Source: an uncultured Verrucomicrobiae bacterium (lineage in GTDB: Bacteria > Verrucomicrobiota > Verrucomicrobiia > Chthoniobacterales > UBA10450). From it: a stretch of DNA of 64,000 nucleotides. Positions 10,562 through 20,907 of the stretch are shown piece by piece. Every line of letters begins with the position of its first letter. Within the stretch, counting starts at the first letter, position 1. The notes beneath the pieces are model-generated. The model did not search any database. It had not been told where the DNA came from and saw only the letters and a program-made list of their open reading frames with translations. Where the stretch lies: the NCBI GenBank assembly GCA_963815455.1, contig CAWFGO010000002.1, positions 1-64,000 of the forward strand. Reading direction: 5' to 3'. Made by a program: the position numbers and the translations under genes.

Positions 10562-12994
10562 ATGAAGGACCTGCTGCTGGACATTCGGTATGCGCTGCGT
10601 GTGCTTTGGAAGTCGCCCGCGTTCACGCTTGTAGCTTTGGTTACTCTAACGCTTGGAATTGGAGCAAACGTCGTCGTCTTCGGAGTCGTGAATGCGGTCC
10701 TGCTGCACCCACTGGAAGTGAGCGGCCCTCAGAATCTCTACCAGCTTCGCCTCGGGCCGTGGACAAGCTTTAAACTGCTGACCACGTCGTATCCCGCGTT
10801 TCAAGATTATCGGCAACGTAACACCACTTTCAGCGGGCTCGCTGGTTATTACGGATGGTCGTATGCGAGACTGAGTTGGGGTAACTCGGTGAAAAGTGTC
10901 ACCGGCTATGCGGTCACCGGCAATTATTTCGAAATGCTGGGGGTGCAACCAGAGTTAGGCCGGTTCATCCAGTCGGCGGACGAGCATGGGCCGAAGTCAG
11001 CGCCCTATGTCGTGTTGAGCGATCATCTTTGGCGCAACGCATTTCATGCCGATCCGGGCATAATTGGAACAGCCGTCCGGCTCGACAAAGATTCGTTCAC
11101 CGTGATCGGCGTGGCGTCAGAGCGGTTCCACGGCACGGAGCAGTTTGTCTGGCCAGACTACTACATACCCATAGTGAATTACTTCGGCCGGGAATATCTG
11201 GAGGACCGAACGGGCAGACCTTTAGTGGTGCTGGGCCGTCTGAAGCCAGACGTGACGCCCGTGCAAGCTGCGGAAAATCTGAGTGCGATCGCGGCCCAGT
11301 TGGCCAGGGAGTATCCAAAGACAGACACTGGAGTGCCGCTGCGGCTGGTCCACCCGGGACTCTACGCGGACGACGGCGACGTCATTCGCGGATTCCTTTA
11401 TAGCGTAACCGGGCTGGCTCTGCTGGTGCTGGTTGCGGCAGGCGCCAATCTGGCCAGCTTGTGTGCCGCGCGCGCGGCAGATCGCAGCCGGGAACTCGCG
11501 CTCCGTGTCGCACTGGGAGCGAGCCGGTGGCGACTCGTTAGACAACTATTTACCGAGGCGATGGTGTTGTCGATCCTGGGCGGCGCCGCCGGGTTGGCGG
11601 GTGCAGGTCTTCTCCTGGGTGCGCTGAGCCGGTGGCAGTCGCCGGCCTTCATGGGAAACGCGCCCAACACGCACCTGACCGTGAGTGTGGATGGGCGTGT
11701 CTACCTTGCAGCGCTCGCCTTCACGCTGGTCAGCGCGTTGCTCTTTGGGATGATCCCGGCACGGCAGGTTTGGCAAAGCAGTCCGTTGCCGGCGATGAAG
11801 AGCGGGCCGGTGAAAGGCGGTCATTGGCGCCGGTTGGCTTTGCGTGATCTCTTGTTAGGCGCACAAATTGCCATCTGCATGCTGCTGGTCACCGCCTCAT
11901 TCGTCGCCGTGCGTGGGATGGTGCGCATGCTAAAGGCTCCCCTGGGTTTTCAACCCCACGGCGTGCTTCTGGCCGACATCGACTTCAGTCTGGTGGAAGG
12001 AGACGATGTGCCTCTTGAGAAAAAGAAAGCGATGCTTGAGGCGGTACGGAGCATTCCCGGCGTGACGGCCGCGGGCACGCTAAACAAGTCACCCTTTACC
12101 GGTGGGATTCGTGGTATTCCGGTTTTCCTGCCCGGAACGACCGAGTTGACCCTTAACCATTCCGTGCTCGCGCCTTACGGGTTTACGATTTCCCCGGGCT
12201 ACCTTGAGGCTGCCGGAACCCGTCTTCTGCATGGGCGTGATGTCTCATGGCGTGACACGACGAAAACCCCGTATGTCGCGATCGTGAACCAAACGTTCGC
12301 GCAGAATATGTGGGGCGAAATTCCGGCGATTGGACAACGCTTTATTTTCCTGGAGCACTTGCGTGAAGTCGTGGGCGTGGTGGAAGACGGCAAGTATCAC
12401 GAAATGGTGGAGTCGCCCCAACCGGCGGTGTATCTGCCGTTATCGCAAAACGAGCAGAGTTGGCCGGTCTTTGTGGTCCGATCACAGAGGACGCAGAACG
12501 ATATAGGGCCAGAGATTGAACGCACCCTAACCAGCCTCGAGCCGAATGTGCAGGTCACCGTACAGAGCTGGCCGGATACAATAGCGGGTGCGCTCTTTCC
12601 GGCGCGGGCAGCGACCGCAGCATTAGGCGTAATGGGTCTGCTCGCCGCCATGCTGGCAATGACCGGCATCTTCGGCATGGCCGCCTATAACGTGAGCCGC
12701 CGGATGAAGGAGCTTGGCATCCGCGTTGCGTTGGGTGCGCGCACGAAGCACGTGATGAACGCGGCGGTGGGTCGGCCCATCGTGCTGCTTGGATTCGGAT
12801 CGTTAGTAGGGTTGCTCTTGAGCGTCTTCGCGAGTCGCCTATTGGAGCAGATCGTGTATCAAGCCAATCCGCGAGATCCGGTGGTGGTGATCGGCTCGGT
12901 GCTACTGATGGCGTTGTTAGGCGTTGCCGCGTCCGCCATTCCAGCCATGCGAGCACTTGCGGTCGACCCATCGAAACTCCTGCGGGAAGAGTGA
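10562..12994 (+). CDS. ABC transporter permease, duplicated MacB/FtsX type (ADOP-like)
   Basis: MKDLLLDIRYALRVLWKSPAFT...GIGANVVVF; RELALRVALGA and KELGIRVALGA; ends DPSKLLREE. Confidence 0.93.
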   Translation: MKDLLLDIRYALRVLWKSPAFTLVALVTLTLGIGANVVVFGVVNAVLLHPLEVSGPQNLYQLRLGPWTSFKLLTTSYPAFQDYRQRNTTFSGLAGYYGWSYARLSWGNSVKSVTGYAVTGNYFEMLGVQPELGRFIQSADEHGPKSAPYVVLSDHLWRNAFHADPGIIGTAVRLDKDSFTVIGVASERFHGTEQFVWPDYYIPIVNYFGREYLEDRTGRPLVVLGRLKPDVTPVQAAENLSAIAAQLAREYPKTDTGVPLRLVHPGLYADDGDVIRGFLYSVTGLALLVLVAAGANLASLCAARAADRSRELALRVALGASRWRLVRQLFTEAMVLSILGGAAGLAGAGLLLGALSRWQSPAFMGNAPNTHLTVSVDGRVYLAALAFTLVSALLFGMIPARQVWQSSPLPAMKSGPVKGGHWRRLALRDLLLGAQIAICMLLVTASFVAVRGMVRMLKAPLGFQPHGVLLADIDFSLVEGDDVPLEKKKAMLEAVRSIPGVTAAGTLNKSPFTGGIRGIPVFLPGTTELTLNHSVLAPYGFTISPGYLEAAGTRLLHGRDVSWRDTTKTPYVAIVNQTFAQNMWGEIPAIGQRFIFLEHLREVVGVVEDGKYHEMVESPQPAVYLPLSQNEQSWPVFVVRSQRTQNDIGPEIERTLTSLEPNVQVTVQSWPDTIAGALFPARAATAALGVMGLLAAMLAMTGIFGMAAYNVSRRMKELGIRVALGARTKHVMNAAVGRPIVLLGFGSLVGLLLSVFASRLLEQIVYQANPRDPVVVIGSVLLMALLGVAASAIPAMRALAVDPSKLLREE

Positions 12995-13052
12995 GGTACG
13001 TGAATACGCTTCTGGTCAGCGTCTTTTTGCTGAGAACTTCGGATTGAGCCGA

Positions 13053-15543
13053 TTACTCCGCTCGCAGCGCGACCATCGGATTGACCTGGGTCGCGCGACG
13101 GGCTGGAACGAAGCAGGAGGCTGCGGCCACGGCCGCCAACAGCCCGGCTACGGTGCAATAAATAAACGGGTCCACCGGGTTGACCTTGAACAGAATATTT
13201 TCCAAGGCGGAAGCGGCAATGACGCCGAGAAATAGACCAGCGCCGCCAATTCCCAATGCGAGCCCGATGAGCAGTTGCCATGCGCCCTGGGTCATCACCA
13301 TCCGGAAAATGCTCGGAGAATCCGCGCCTAATGCCATGCGAATTCCAAATTCCTGGGTCCGTTGGTTGACCGAGAAACTCATCACACCGTAAAGACCAAC
13401 TGCCGACAGCAAGAAAGCCGCGATTCCGAACAGAGTGAATAGCGTCGCGGTGATGCGATTGACTCCGAGGATTTCGTCATGCAACCGAGCGGGGGTGCCG
13501 CCAAAATATGTTGGCAAATTGCGAATCCAGCGCGGCTACGGCTTTGCCAAGTGGCGCCGCCAAAGTTTCAGCGCGCTGACCCCCGTGCGGACGCACAATA
13601 ACGGTCACGAACTGCGGGGCGGGCGGAACACCGAGGATTGGCACGTAGAATCCAGCCTGGTCAGTCTGCGTATTGAATGGTCCCTGCATCAGCGTGTCGG
13701 GCACAACCCCCACGATCGTTCGCCACGGTTGCGGCTGTGCCGGATTAAATAGCCGAATGCGTTTCCCGATAGGACTTTCATTTCCATAATATTTCTTGGC
13801 AAAACTGGTGTTCACAATCGCAACCGCCTGTTTGGCATCGTCGTCGTCGATCGTAAAATCCCGCCCCTGCAAAATCTTCAGGCCGATCGTTGAAAAGTAT
13901 CCATCGGAAACGAATTCAAAGTTGCCCTGCGGCCGATCGCGATCGGTCACATAGCTTTTGCCGTCCACCTCATACTGACCAAACCCGCCGAAGGTCATGC
14001 GAAAACGGCCGGTCATGGCCGCGCCATCAAATGCGGGATCAGCGCGGAGTGAGCGCAGCGCGCGGACAAAGAACTGCTGGCGAGCTTCCGGTGTGGGATA
14101 ATCGCCCTCCATCAATCCCATTCGGGCGGAGTAAACGCCGTTCTCGTCGTAGCCGTAATCGAGCGTCGTCTGGTTGCGAATCGATTTGATCTGCAGCGCA
14201 GCCGCGATCAAAAGCGCGGCGGTCAACGCAATTTGACCGATCACCAGGACACGCGTGATGACGTTGACCAGACGGCTGCTATTGCCACGTCCGCCTTCCT
14301 TCATCATCTCCGCGGCATTGGCTCGAGCGCTCAGCAATGCGGGGATGAGACCAGACACGAGCGTAGCCACCAAAACAATGGCAACTGTAAACGCGAGCAC
14401 CGGCCCATCGATCTTAAACTGGACCCAGTAGGCCAATGGAAAGGGCAGCGCATCGGTCGCGCGAATGAGCAGGTCGAGCGCCCAATAGGCCATGAGCACG
14501 CCAACGATTGCTCCCATTGAAGCGACGAGAAAACTTTCGGTGAGCATTTGCCGCACAAGCCTCCACCGGGTCGCGCCCAACGCGCCGCGAATGGCCAGCT
14601 CTTTGGCCCGCAACGCCGCGCGGCCGAATTGCATGTTCATCACGTTCACGCAGGCAATCAGCAGAACGACAATCACCGCGCCGAGCATTGCGAATATCGT
14701 TTGGCGAAGCTGCGGACCGGTAAATGTGTACAGAAGCGGCTGCACGCTTGCGGACACGAGCTGCCCGTTCGTTTTCGGGTTGTCCTGCGCCATCCGTTTG
14801 GCCAGGCCAGCAAATTCCGCGTTGGCCTGGTCCATGGTCACGCCATCCTTGAGCCGGCCCATGATGGCGCCTCCTAACGCTGAAGGATCACCCCGCGGTT
14901 TAATCGGAAATTCATTATAGAACGGGACCCAGAGTTGTTCGCTCTGCGGGAACTTAAACCCCGGGGGCATTACCCCGATGATGGTGGCGGCTTTTCCGTT
15001 GATCCGAATGGCTTGCCCGACAATTTTCGGATCGCCGCTGAAATCGCGTTGCCAGATCTCGTGACCAATGATGGTCACCTTTTCCGCGCCCGGCTTATTG
15101 TCCTCGGCGGTAAAATCGCGCCCCATGATGGGCGCTACGCCGACAATCCTGAAAAAATCCTCCGTCACATAACCGCCGGTGTACCGCTGCGGGTTGTTGT
15201 GATACGTGACGTTGATGGTGGAGCCATTCAAATACGTCGACATCAGCGCAAACGAATGCTGGGCTGCCCGCATGTCCTCATAGTCCTGAGTCGAAGGAAT
15301 ATTGCCGGCACCAAAGTTGTTGTTTTGAGGAGTCGCCTGCGGATCGATCAAGCCCACACTCATCAACTGCTCGGGATGTGGAAATGAAAACCCGCGGAGG
15401 ACGAACGCATTGACCACGGTGAATTGAGTCGTCACGCCGCAGATGCCTAGAGCGAGCACGAACACCGCCAGAAAACAAAACGCTTTATCCTTGGTCAGAA
15501 CACGAAAACCGATGCGGATATCTTGAAGGAAGGATTCGAACAT
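13053..15543 (-). CDS. ABC transporter permease (ADOP-like), frameshifted as sequenced near 13521
   Basis: ORFs 13477..15543 and 13053..13517 join into one protein collinear with the paralog at 15622..18114 if one extra base (gat tcg Caat ttg) is removed. Confidence 0.88.
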
Positions 15544-15621
15544 ATGGATGGGCGGAGTGGTTGAGAGTTAAGCAAGCGCTAACCAAAAAAAACTTTCTGA
15601 GACATTCTTGAATTTCTCCGG

Positions 15622-18114
15622 TTATTCCGTTCGTAACGCCTCCATTGGATTGACCTGAGTCGCGCGCCGCGCCGGAACGAAGCATGAGATGGCCGCCACG
15701 GCCGCGAGCAGGGCGGCCACGGAGCAGTATATGAATGGATCGAGCGCGTTTACTTTGAAGAGAATATTTTCCAACGCGCCGGCCGCGATCACTCCGAGAA
15801 AAAGCGCCATGAAGCCGATCCCGAGCACGAGGCCGATGATCAATTGCCATGCGCCCTGGCTCATCACCATTTTGAAAATCCGCGCCGTATCCGCGCCCAA
15901 TGCCATGCGGATGCCAAATTCCTGCGTGCGCTGATTGACCGAGAAACTCATGACTCCGTAAAGACCGACGGCCGAAAGAATGAACGCAACGACTCCGAAT
16001 ATGCTGAAGAGCGAGGCCACCAGACGCGGACCACTCAAGACCTCGGCATGGAAAATCGCCGGTGTGCCGGGAAAATAGACCGGCAGATTCGAGTCGATTT
16101 GCGCGACCGCTTTGCTCAAGGCGGGGCCGAGGTTCTGCGCCGCCTGCCCGGGATGGGGGCGCACGAGGATGGTGCAGAATTGCGGCGCCGGGCTCGCCCC
16201 GATGAGCGGCACGTAGAAGCCGGCGCTGTCCGCCTCGCGGTTGAACGGCCCCTGCATGAGCGTGTCTGGGACGACGCCGACGATGGTGCGCCACGGTTCC
16301 GGCTGGGCCGGATTAAATCTGCGGACCTGATGCCCGAGCGGGCTTTCGTTCCCCCAGTGTTTTCGCGCAAAACTCGCGTTCACGATCGCGACCGGTTGTT
16401 TCGCGTCGCTGTCCTCGAGAGTGAAATCGCGGCCCTCGAGAATCTTCAACCCGAGGGTGGTGAAATAGCCGTCCGAGACCGCTTCGGAGTTGCCTTTCGG
16501 CCGGTCGCGATCGGTCGCGTACTTCTGGCCGTCGATTTCGTACTGACCGAAGTTGTCGAAGGTCATGCGGAAACGATCGCTCATGGCGGCGCCTTCGAAG
16601 GCGGGGTTAGTCCGCAGCGAGCGCACGGCACGTTTGAAAAATTCCCGGCGCGATTCTTCCGTCGGGTAATCGCCTTCGAAGAGACCCATGCGCGCGGCGT
16701 AAACGCCTTCTTCATCGTAGCCGTAATCGAGTTTTACCTGGTTACGGATCGAGCGGACCTGCAGCGCGGAGGCGATCAGGAGCGCGGCGGTCATCGCGAT
16801 TTGGCCAACGACGAGGATGCGGGTGATAACAGTGACGAGGCGGCTGCTGTTGCCGCGGCCGCCTTCCTTCATCATCTCGGAAGCATTGCCCGCGAGCGGC
16901 AAGCAGAGCGGGCACCAGACCGGAAACAAAAGTCGCGAATCAAGGACCGCGCCGAGAGTGAAGCCGAGGACTTTCCCGTCGATCGTAAAGTGGATGTAAT
17001 ACGGGAGCTGGAATTGCGGCGTGCTGGTGATTTGCACGAGCAGATCGACCGCCCAATAGGCCAGCACGACGCCAACGACTGCACCGAGCAGGGCGATGAG
17101 GAAGCTCTCGGTCAGCATTTGCCTAACGATGCGCCAGCGGGTCGCGCCGAGCGCGCCGCGGATGGCAAGTTCCCGCGCCCGCAAAGCGGCCCGGCCAAAT
17201 TGCATGTTCATCACGTTCACGCAGGCGATGAGAAGCACGACCACGACCGCCCCAAGCATGGCGTACATGATCTGCGTCAGTTGCTGGCCGGTGAAGGTCT
17301 TGTGGAGCGACTGAACGCTGGCCGAAGTGTACTGGGCGTTCGTCTTCGGATTGTCCTGCGCGATCCGCCTGGCCAGGCCGACGAATTCGGCATTCGCCTG
17401 GTCCTGGGTGACTCCCGGTTTCAGCCGGCCCATGATCTGCGCGCCGTTGGCCGTAGGATCGCCGCGCGGTTTGAGCGGGAACTCATTGTAGAGCGGAACC
17501 CAAAGCTCTTCGTTCTGCGGGAACTTAAAATTCGGCGGCATCACGCCGATGACGGTGGCGGCCTTCCCGTTGATCCGAATTGCCTGCCCAACCACGCGCG
17601 GGTCGCCATTGAAATCGCGCTTCCAGATTTCGTTGCCGAGGATCGTGACCTTCTCTGCGCCCGGTTTGTTATCCTCCGCCGTGAAATCCCGGCCGAGGAT
17701 CGGTTTCACGTCGATGATCTTGAAAAAATCCTCCGTCACATAACCGCCGGTGTAGCGCTGGGGAGTTTTGTTGTAGGTGACGTTGATGGTGGAGCCGTTG
17801 AGATAGGCGCTCATCATGGCAAACGATTTTTGCCCGGCCCGCAGGTCTTCGTAATCGTGCGTCGAGGGAATGTTGCCGTTGCCGAAGTTGTTCTGCTGGT
17901 CGGTGCCCTGCGGGTCGATCAGGCCGACGTTCATGAGCTGCTCGGGATGCGGAAAGGAAAAGCCGCGCAGCATGATCGCGTTCACCATCGTGAACTGGGT
18001 CGTCACACCGCAGATGCCGAGCGCGAGGACGATGACGGCGAGGACGAAGAACGTTTTGTCCTTCACCAGCATGCGCAGACCGACGCGGAGATCCTGAAGG
18101 AAGGATTCGAACAT
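15622..18114 (-). CDS. ABC transporter permease (ADOP-like), tandem paralog of 13053..15543
   Basis: Starts MFESFLQD like its paralog; two FtsX domains; a short out-of-frame patch (DSRLLFPVWCPLCLPL, ~16890-16945) is explained by three single-base insertions. Confidence 0.92.
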   Translation of the reverse strand: MFESFLQDLRVGLRMLVKDKTFFVLAVIVLALGICGVTTQFTMVNAIMLRGFSFPHPEQLMNVGLIDPQGTDQQNNFGNGNIPSTHDYEDLRAGQKSFAMMSAYLNGSTINVTYNKTPQRYTGGYVTEDFFKIIDVKPILGRDFTAEDNKPGAEKVTILGNEIWKRDFNGDPRVVGQAIRINGKAATVIGVMPPNFKFPQNEELWVPLYNEFPLKPRGDPTANGAQIMGRLKPGVTQDQANAEFVGLARRIAQDNPKTNAQYTSASVQSLHKTFTGQQLTQIMYAMLGAVVVVLLIACVNVMNMQFGRAALRARELAIRGALGATRWRIVRQMLTESFLIALLGAVVGVVLAYWAVDLLVQITSTPQFQLPYYIHFTIDGKVLGFTLGAVLDSRLLFPVWCPLCLPLAGNASEMMKEGGRGNSSRLVTVITRILVVGQIAMTAALLIASALQVRSIRNQVKLDYGYDEEGVYAARMGLFEGDYPTEESRREFFKRAVRSLRTNPAFEGAAMSDRFRMTFDNFGQYEIDGQKYATDRDRPKGNSEAVSDGYFTTLGLKILEGRDFTLEDSDAKQPVAIVNASFARKHWGNESPLGHQVRRFNPAQPEPWRTIVGVVPDTLMQGPFNREADSAGFYVPLIGASPAPQFCTILVRPHPGQAAQNLGPALSKAVAQIDSNLPVYFPGTPAIFHAEVLSGPRLVASLFSIFGVVAFILSAVGLYGVMSFSVNQRTQEFGIRMALGADTARIFKMVMSQGAWQLIIGLVLGIGFMALFLGVIAAGALENILFKVNALDPFIYCSVAALLAAVAAISCFVPARRATQVNPMEALRTE

Positions 18115-18203
18115 ATGGATGAGTTGAGTGGTTGAGAGTTGAGCAATCGCTAGCCAAAAAAATCCAAAATTTTCAGATTTCTTCCGGTGGTTGACCAAGC
18201 TGT

Positions 18204-18220
18204 TGCAAGGCCCGTACCAA
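18204..18220 (-). promoter_or_regulatory. Candidate sigma-54 (-24/-12) promoter
   Basis: Minus strand TTGGTACGGGCCTTGCA = GG-N10-GC, ~90 bp upstream of permease start 18114. Confidence 0.7.
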
Positions 18221-18249
18221 AGCGATCTCTAGAGACATAACTGACTTAT

Positions 18250-18262
18250 TTTCAACTATTTG
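18250..18262. promoter_or_regulatory. Candidate IHF-binding site
   Basis: TTTCAACTATTTG matches WATCAANNNNTTR with one mismatch; lies between the -24 element and palindromic upstream sites. Confidence 0.5.
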
Positions 18263-18307
18263 CAAATCATCGCCGACGCTCCCCTTTGCCGGGATCGCTT
18301 CGCTTTT

Positions 18308-18335
18308 GGGACATTCCTGTCCCGATTCTGGGATG
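18308..18335. promoter_or_regulatory. Candidate enhancer-binding-protein UAS
   Basis: GGGACA-ttcc-TGTCCC perfect inverted repeat overlapping TGTCCC-N6-GGGATG, ~90-115 bp upstream of the -24 element. Confidence 0.5.
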
Positions 18336-18497
18336 GCACCGCCGTCTTCCACCTTGCTCATGAGATGCAAAAAGTCAGCTATTCAGATTCAACCATTTTC
18401 TCTCTCATTGAAGACGCCGCCGATTGGACCTTTTGTCTATCGGAACCGATAGAAGAATTCGGTGCTTCAAAAAGCAGTTGCTTGCCCGCGCTATTAC

Positions 18498-18561
18498 AGT
18501 GTCTGCTGTCCTCAGCGGAAAAACTGTCGTCTCGGCTGCGCTGAGGACAGCGCACGTTACA
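18498..18561. repeat. REP doublet (REPIN-like)
   Basis: gctgtcctcagcg ... cgctgaggacagcgcacgttaca inverted arms; same family as 10344. Confidence 0.7.
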
Positions 18562-18787
18562 GCGGGCCGATGGCATTTATAACGAGATTGATCTTGCCAC
18601 CGCGGAATTGTCGCTTACAACTTCCATTCGGCTCGCGATGTTGATGCGGGCCCTTTGTCGCGGTTTATCGCAGCCGCGGCGATGTCGAGTGCGCCGGCGA
18701 TTTGCGTAAGCAGCGCCGGTGAATGCGATAACGAAAATACGGCGGGACGGTGCACTCCTGTTTCGCCGGCCAGGAGCTTGACTTAAT

Positions 18788-19366
18788 CTGCAACCACAAA
18801 TTCGTGTAAACGGTCGGATTCGCGCCCGCGAAGTCCGGGTCATTGTCGCGTCCACCGGTGAACAGCTCGGCGTCATGAAATTGACTGATGCCTTGCGCAA
18901 AGCACAAAGTCTCGGGCTCGATCTGGTCGAGATTGCGGCCACGGCCAATCCTCCGGTCTGCAAGATTGTCGATTTCGGAAAGTTTCGTTACGACATCTCC
19001 AAGCAGGAGAAAGAGAAACGACCTTCGGGAACAAAACTGAAGGAGATCAAGTTTCGGGTAAACATCGATGCCCACGATTACCTGACGAAGATTCGCCACG
19101 GGGAAGAGTTCCTCGATCGCGGCAACAAGGTCAGGGTCCAACTTCAGTTTCGCGGCCGGGAAATGGCCCACCAGGAATTCGGGATGCAACTGATGGGCCG
19201 GGTCCGCGACGATCTGGCCGGCATGTCGCAGGTGGAAATGAACCCGAAACTTACCGGCCGCAATATCACCATGACCCTGTCGCCGCTGCCGGCCAACCGC
19301 CGCAAACGCCGCTTCGCTCCGCCGTCCAAGGAAGAGCAGGAGATCGAAGCGCGAAACAACGAATAG
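18788..19366 (+). CDS. infC: Translation initiation factor IF-3 (non-canonical start, CTG 18788 or ATT 18800)
   Basis: IF3-N (IRVNGRIRAREVRVI..GEQLG..LDLVEIA..PPVCKIVDFGKFRY) extends in frame upstream of ATG 18875 to a TGA at 18779; IF3-C (KEIKFR..HDY..K..FL..GNKV..FRGRE). Confidence 0.95.
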   Translation: MQPQIRVNGRIRAREVRVIVASTGEQLGVMKLTDALRKAQSLGLDLVEIAATANPPVCKIVDFGKFRYDISKQEKEKRPSGTKLKEIKFRVNIDAHDYLTKIRHGEEFLDRGNKVRVQLQFRGREMAHQEFGMQLMGRVRDDLAGMSQVEMNPKLTGRNITMTLSPLPANRRKRRFAPPSKEEQEIEARNNE

Positions 19367-19502
19367 TCCTGAGCAAAAGTTGCTGCTTCGCCGATTGGGA
19401 TAGCTTTCAGGATGCTATCGACCCGTTCTTCACAGCGTAAGTTCGCGTGCCGGTGCGGCCATTGCTAAATCCCTAAGCCATCTCATAAATGGCGTCTTAC
19501 GT

Positions 19503-19599
19503 TGTAGCCACGGCCCTCTGTCGCCGTGTACCGAGGCCGGGGACGCCCCGACAGAGCTCGCCACGGCGGGTCCGTCCGGTGGCGGACGGGGCGGCTACA
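19503..19599. repeat. REP doublet with nested second repeat
   Basis: tgtagccacggccctctgtcg ... cgacagag[ctcgccacggcgggtccgtccggtggcggac]ggggcggctaca. Confidence 0.7.
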
Positions 19600-19670
19600 G
19601 CGGGAATATTTATGAGATCGCTATCGCTTCTAGGAGAAACGGGTATTTGTTGCTATTCTAGCGCCCGTTT

Positions 19671-20907
19671 GTGCCCAGGGTCCTAATCCTCACCATTCTA
19701 GCTCCTCAGCGTTGGCGGTTGCTTGCTCTCATTGCGGCAGTCGTCTCGCACTCCGCTTTCTCCCAATCCGAGCCTCCCGTCCATTATTATGATGCCGCAA
19801 TCGGCAAGACCGGGCTGCCGCTCAAGTCGGCCCTTCAGACTATAATAAGGAGTCACACTGTTCTTCCTTATACCTCTGGCGGCACCGACACCTGGACGGC
19901 GCTGAAAATCCTCGATCAAGACCCGGTCAATTCCAGCAACGTCCTGCTCATTTATTCCGGTTTCAGTGTCCCGAAGAGCGAACAATACAATGGCACCACC
20001 GGGACGTGGGACCGCGAACATCTCTGGCCCCAATCCTTCGGAATTGTCGCCCTAAACTCCAACAGCCGCGCGAAAAGCGACATCTTTAATCTCCGCCCCA
20101 TCGACATCGGCGTGAACAGCTCCCGCGGAAACAAATACTACGACGTCTCAACCCCACCGGTCTCGACTTATCCGGGCGCACCGGGTTGCACCTACGACAG
20201 CGACTCGTGGGAACCGCGCACAGCTGACAAGGGACTTGATTGCCCGCTCCATGTTTTACATGGCCGTGCGTTACGATGGCAGCGATTCCGATGTGCCCGA
20301 TCTCGAACTTTCCGATACCCCGAACGCCTCTCTATATCGCTTTGGCAAACTCAGTACCCTCCTGGCCTGGCACCGCCAGGTTTCTGTCGATGCGCTCGAG
20401 AAGCAGCGCAACCAGCGCATTTACTCCGACTACCAGCACAACCGAAACCCGTTTGTCGATCATCCTGATTATGCCGAGATGGTTTTTTACGGCGTGTCGC
20501 CAGGCCAGGCCTGGAGCGACACCAATTTCACGGATGCCGAGCTGCTCGACCCAAACATCGGCGGCGACTTGGCCGATCCCGATCGCGACGGGTTAACCAA
20601 TCTGCTCGAGTATGTCTTTAATCTTGATCCGTGGCTGCCGGATAACTTGGCCATCGTGACCACAACCGTGACCAGCTCGGGAGGCATCAACAATTTGTTT
20701 GTCACCTGCCCCCACAATCGTAACGCCACCGACGCCACGCTCAGCTACGAGATCTCGACCAACTTGCAGACGTGGACCGCGGCATCGGCTCAACTCATCA
20801 GCGCCACAGCCATCAGCTCGGAGGTCGAGCAAATCACAGTCCGCGTTTCCTCTTCTGCTCCGGCGTATTTTGTAAGGATTCGCGCGACAAGGAACGGCCC
20901 GTACTAG
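19671..20907 (+). CDS. Secreted endonuclease I family nuclease with C-terminal Ca-binding motif and beta-rich tail; frameshifted as sequenced near 20236
   Basis: WDREHLWPQS, NSSRGNK, WEPR..DKG|LIARSMFYMAVRY, E..RN..IY..QHNRNPFVDHP motifs split across ORFs 19671..20468 and 20236..20907; tail DPDRDGLTNLLEY..NLDP. Confidence 0.88.

Noticed and set aside
15844..18135. 763-aa plus-strand ORF
   Set aside because: Antisense shadow of the GC-rich permease gene; no recognisable domains.
18142..18157. TGGCTAGCGATTGC (and its copy near 15571-15586) as sigma-54 promoters
   Set aside because: GG-GC spacing is 9 bp rather than the required 10.
20220..20250. Programmed ribosomal frameshift in the endonuclease
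   Set aside because: No slippery heptamer; the break falls inside a conserved catalytic domain and matches the window-wide single-insertion error pattern.
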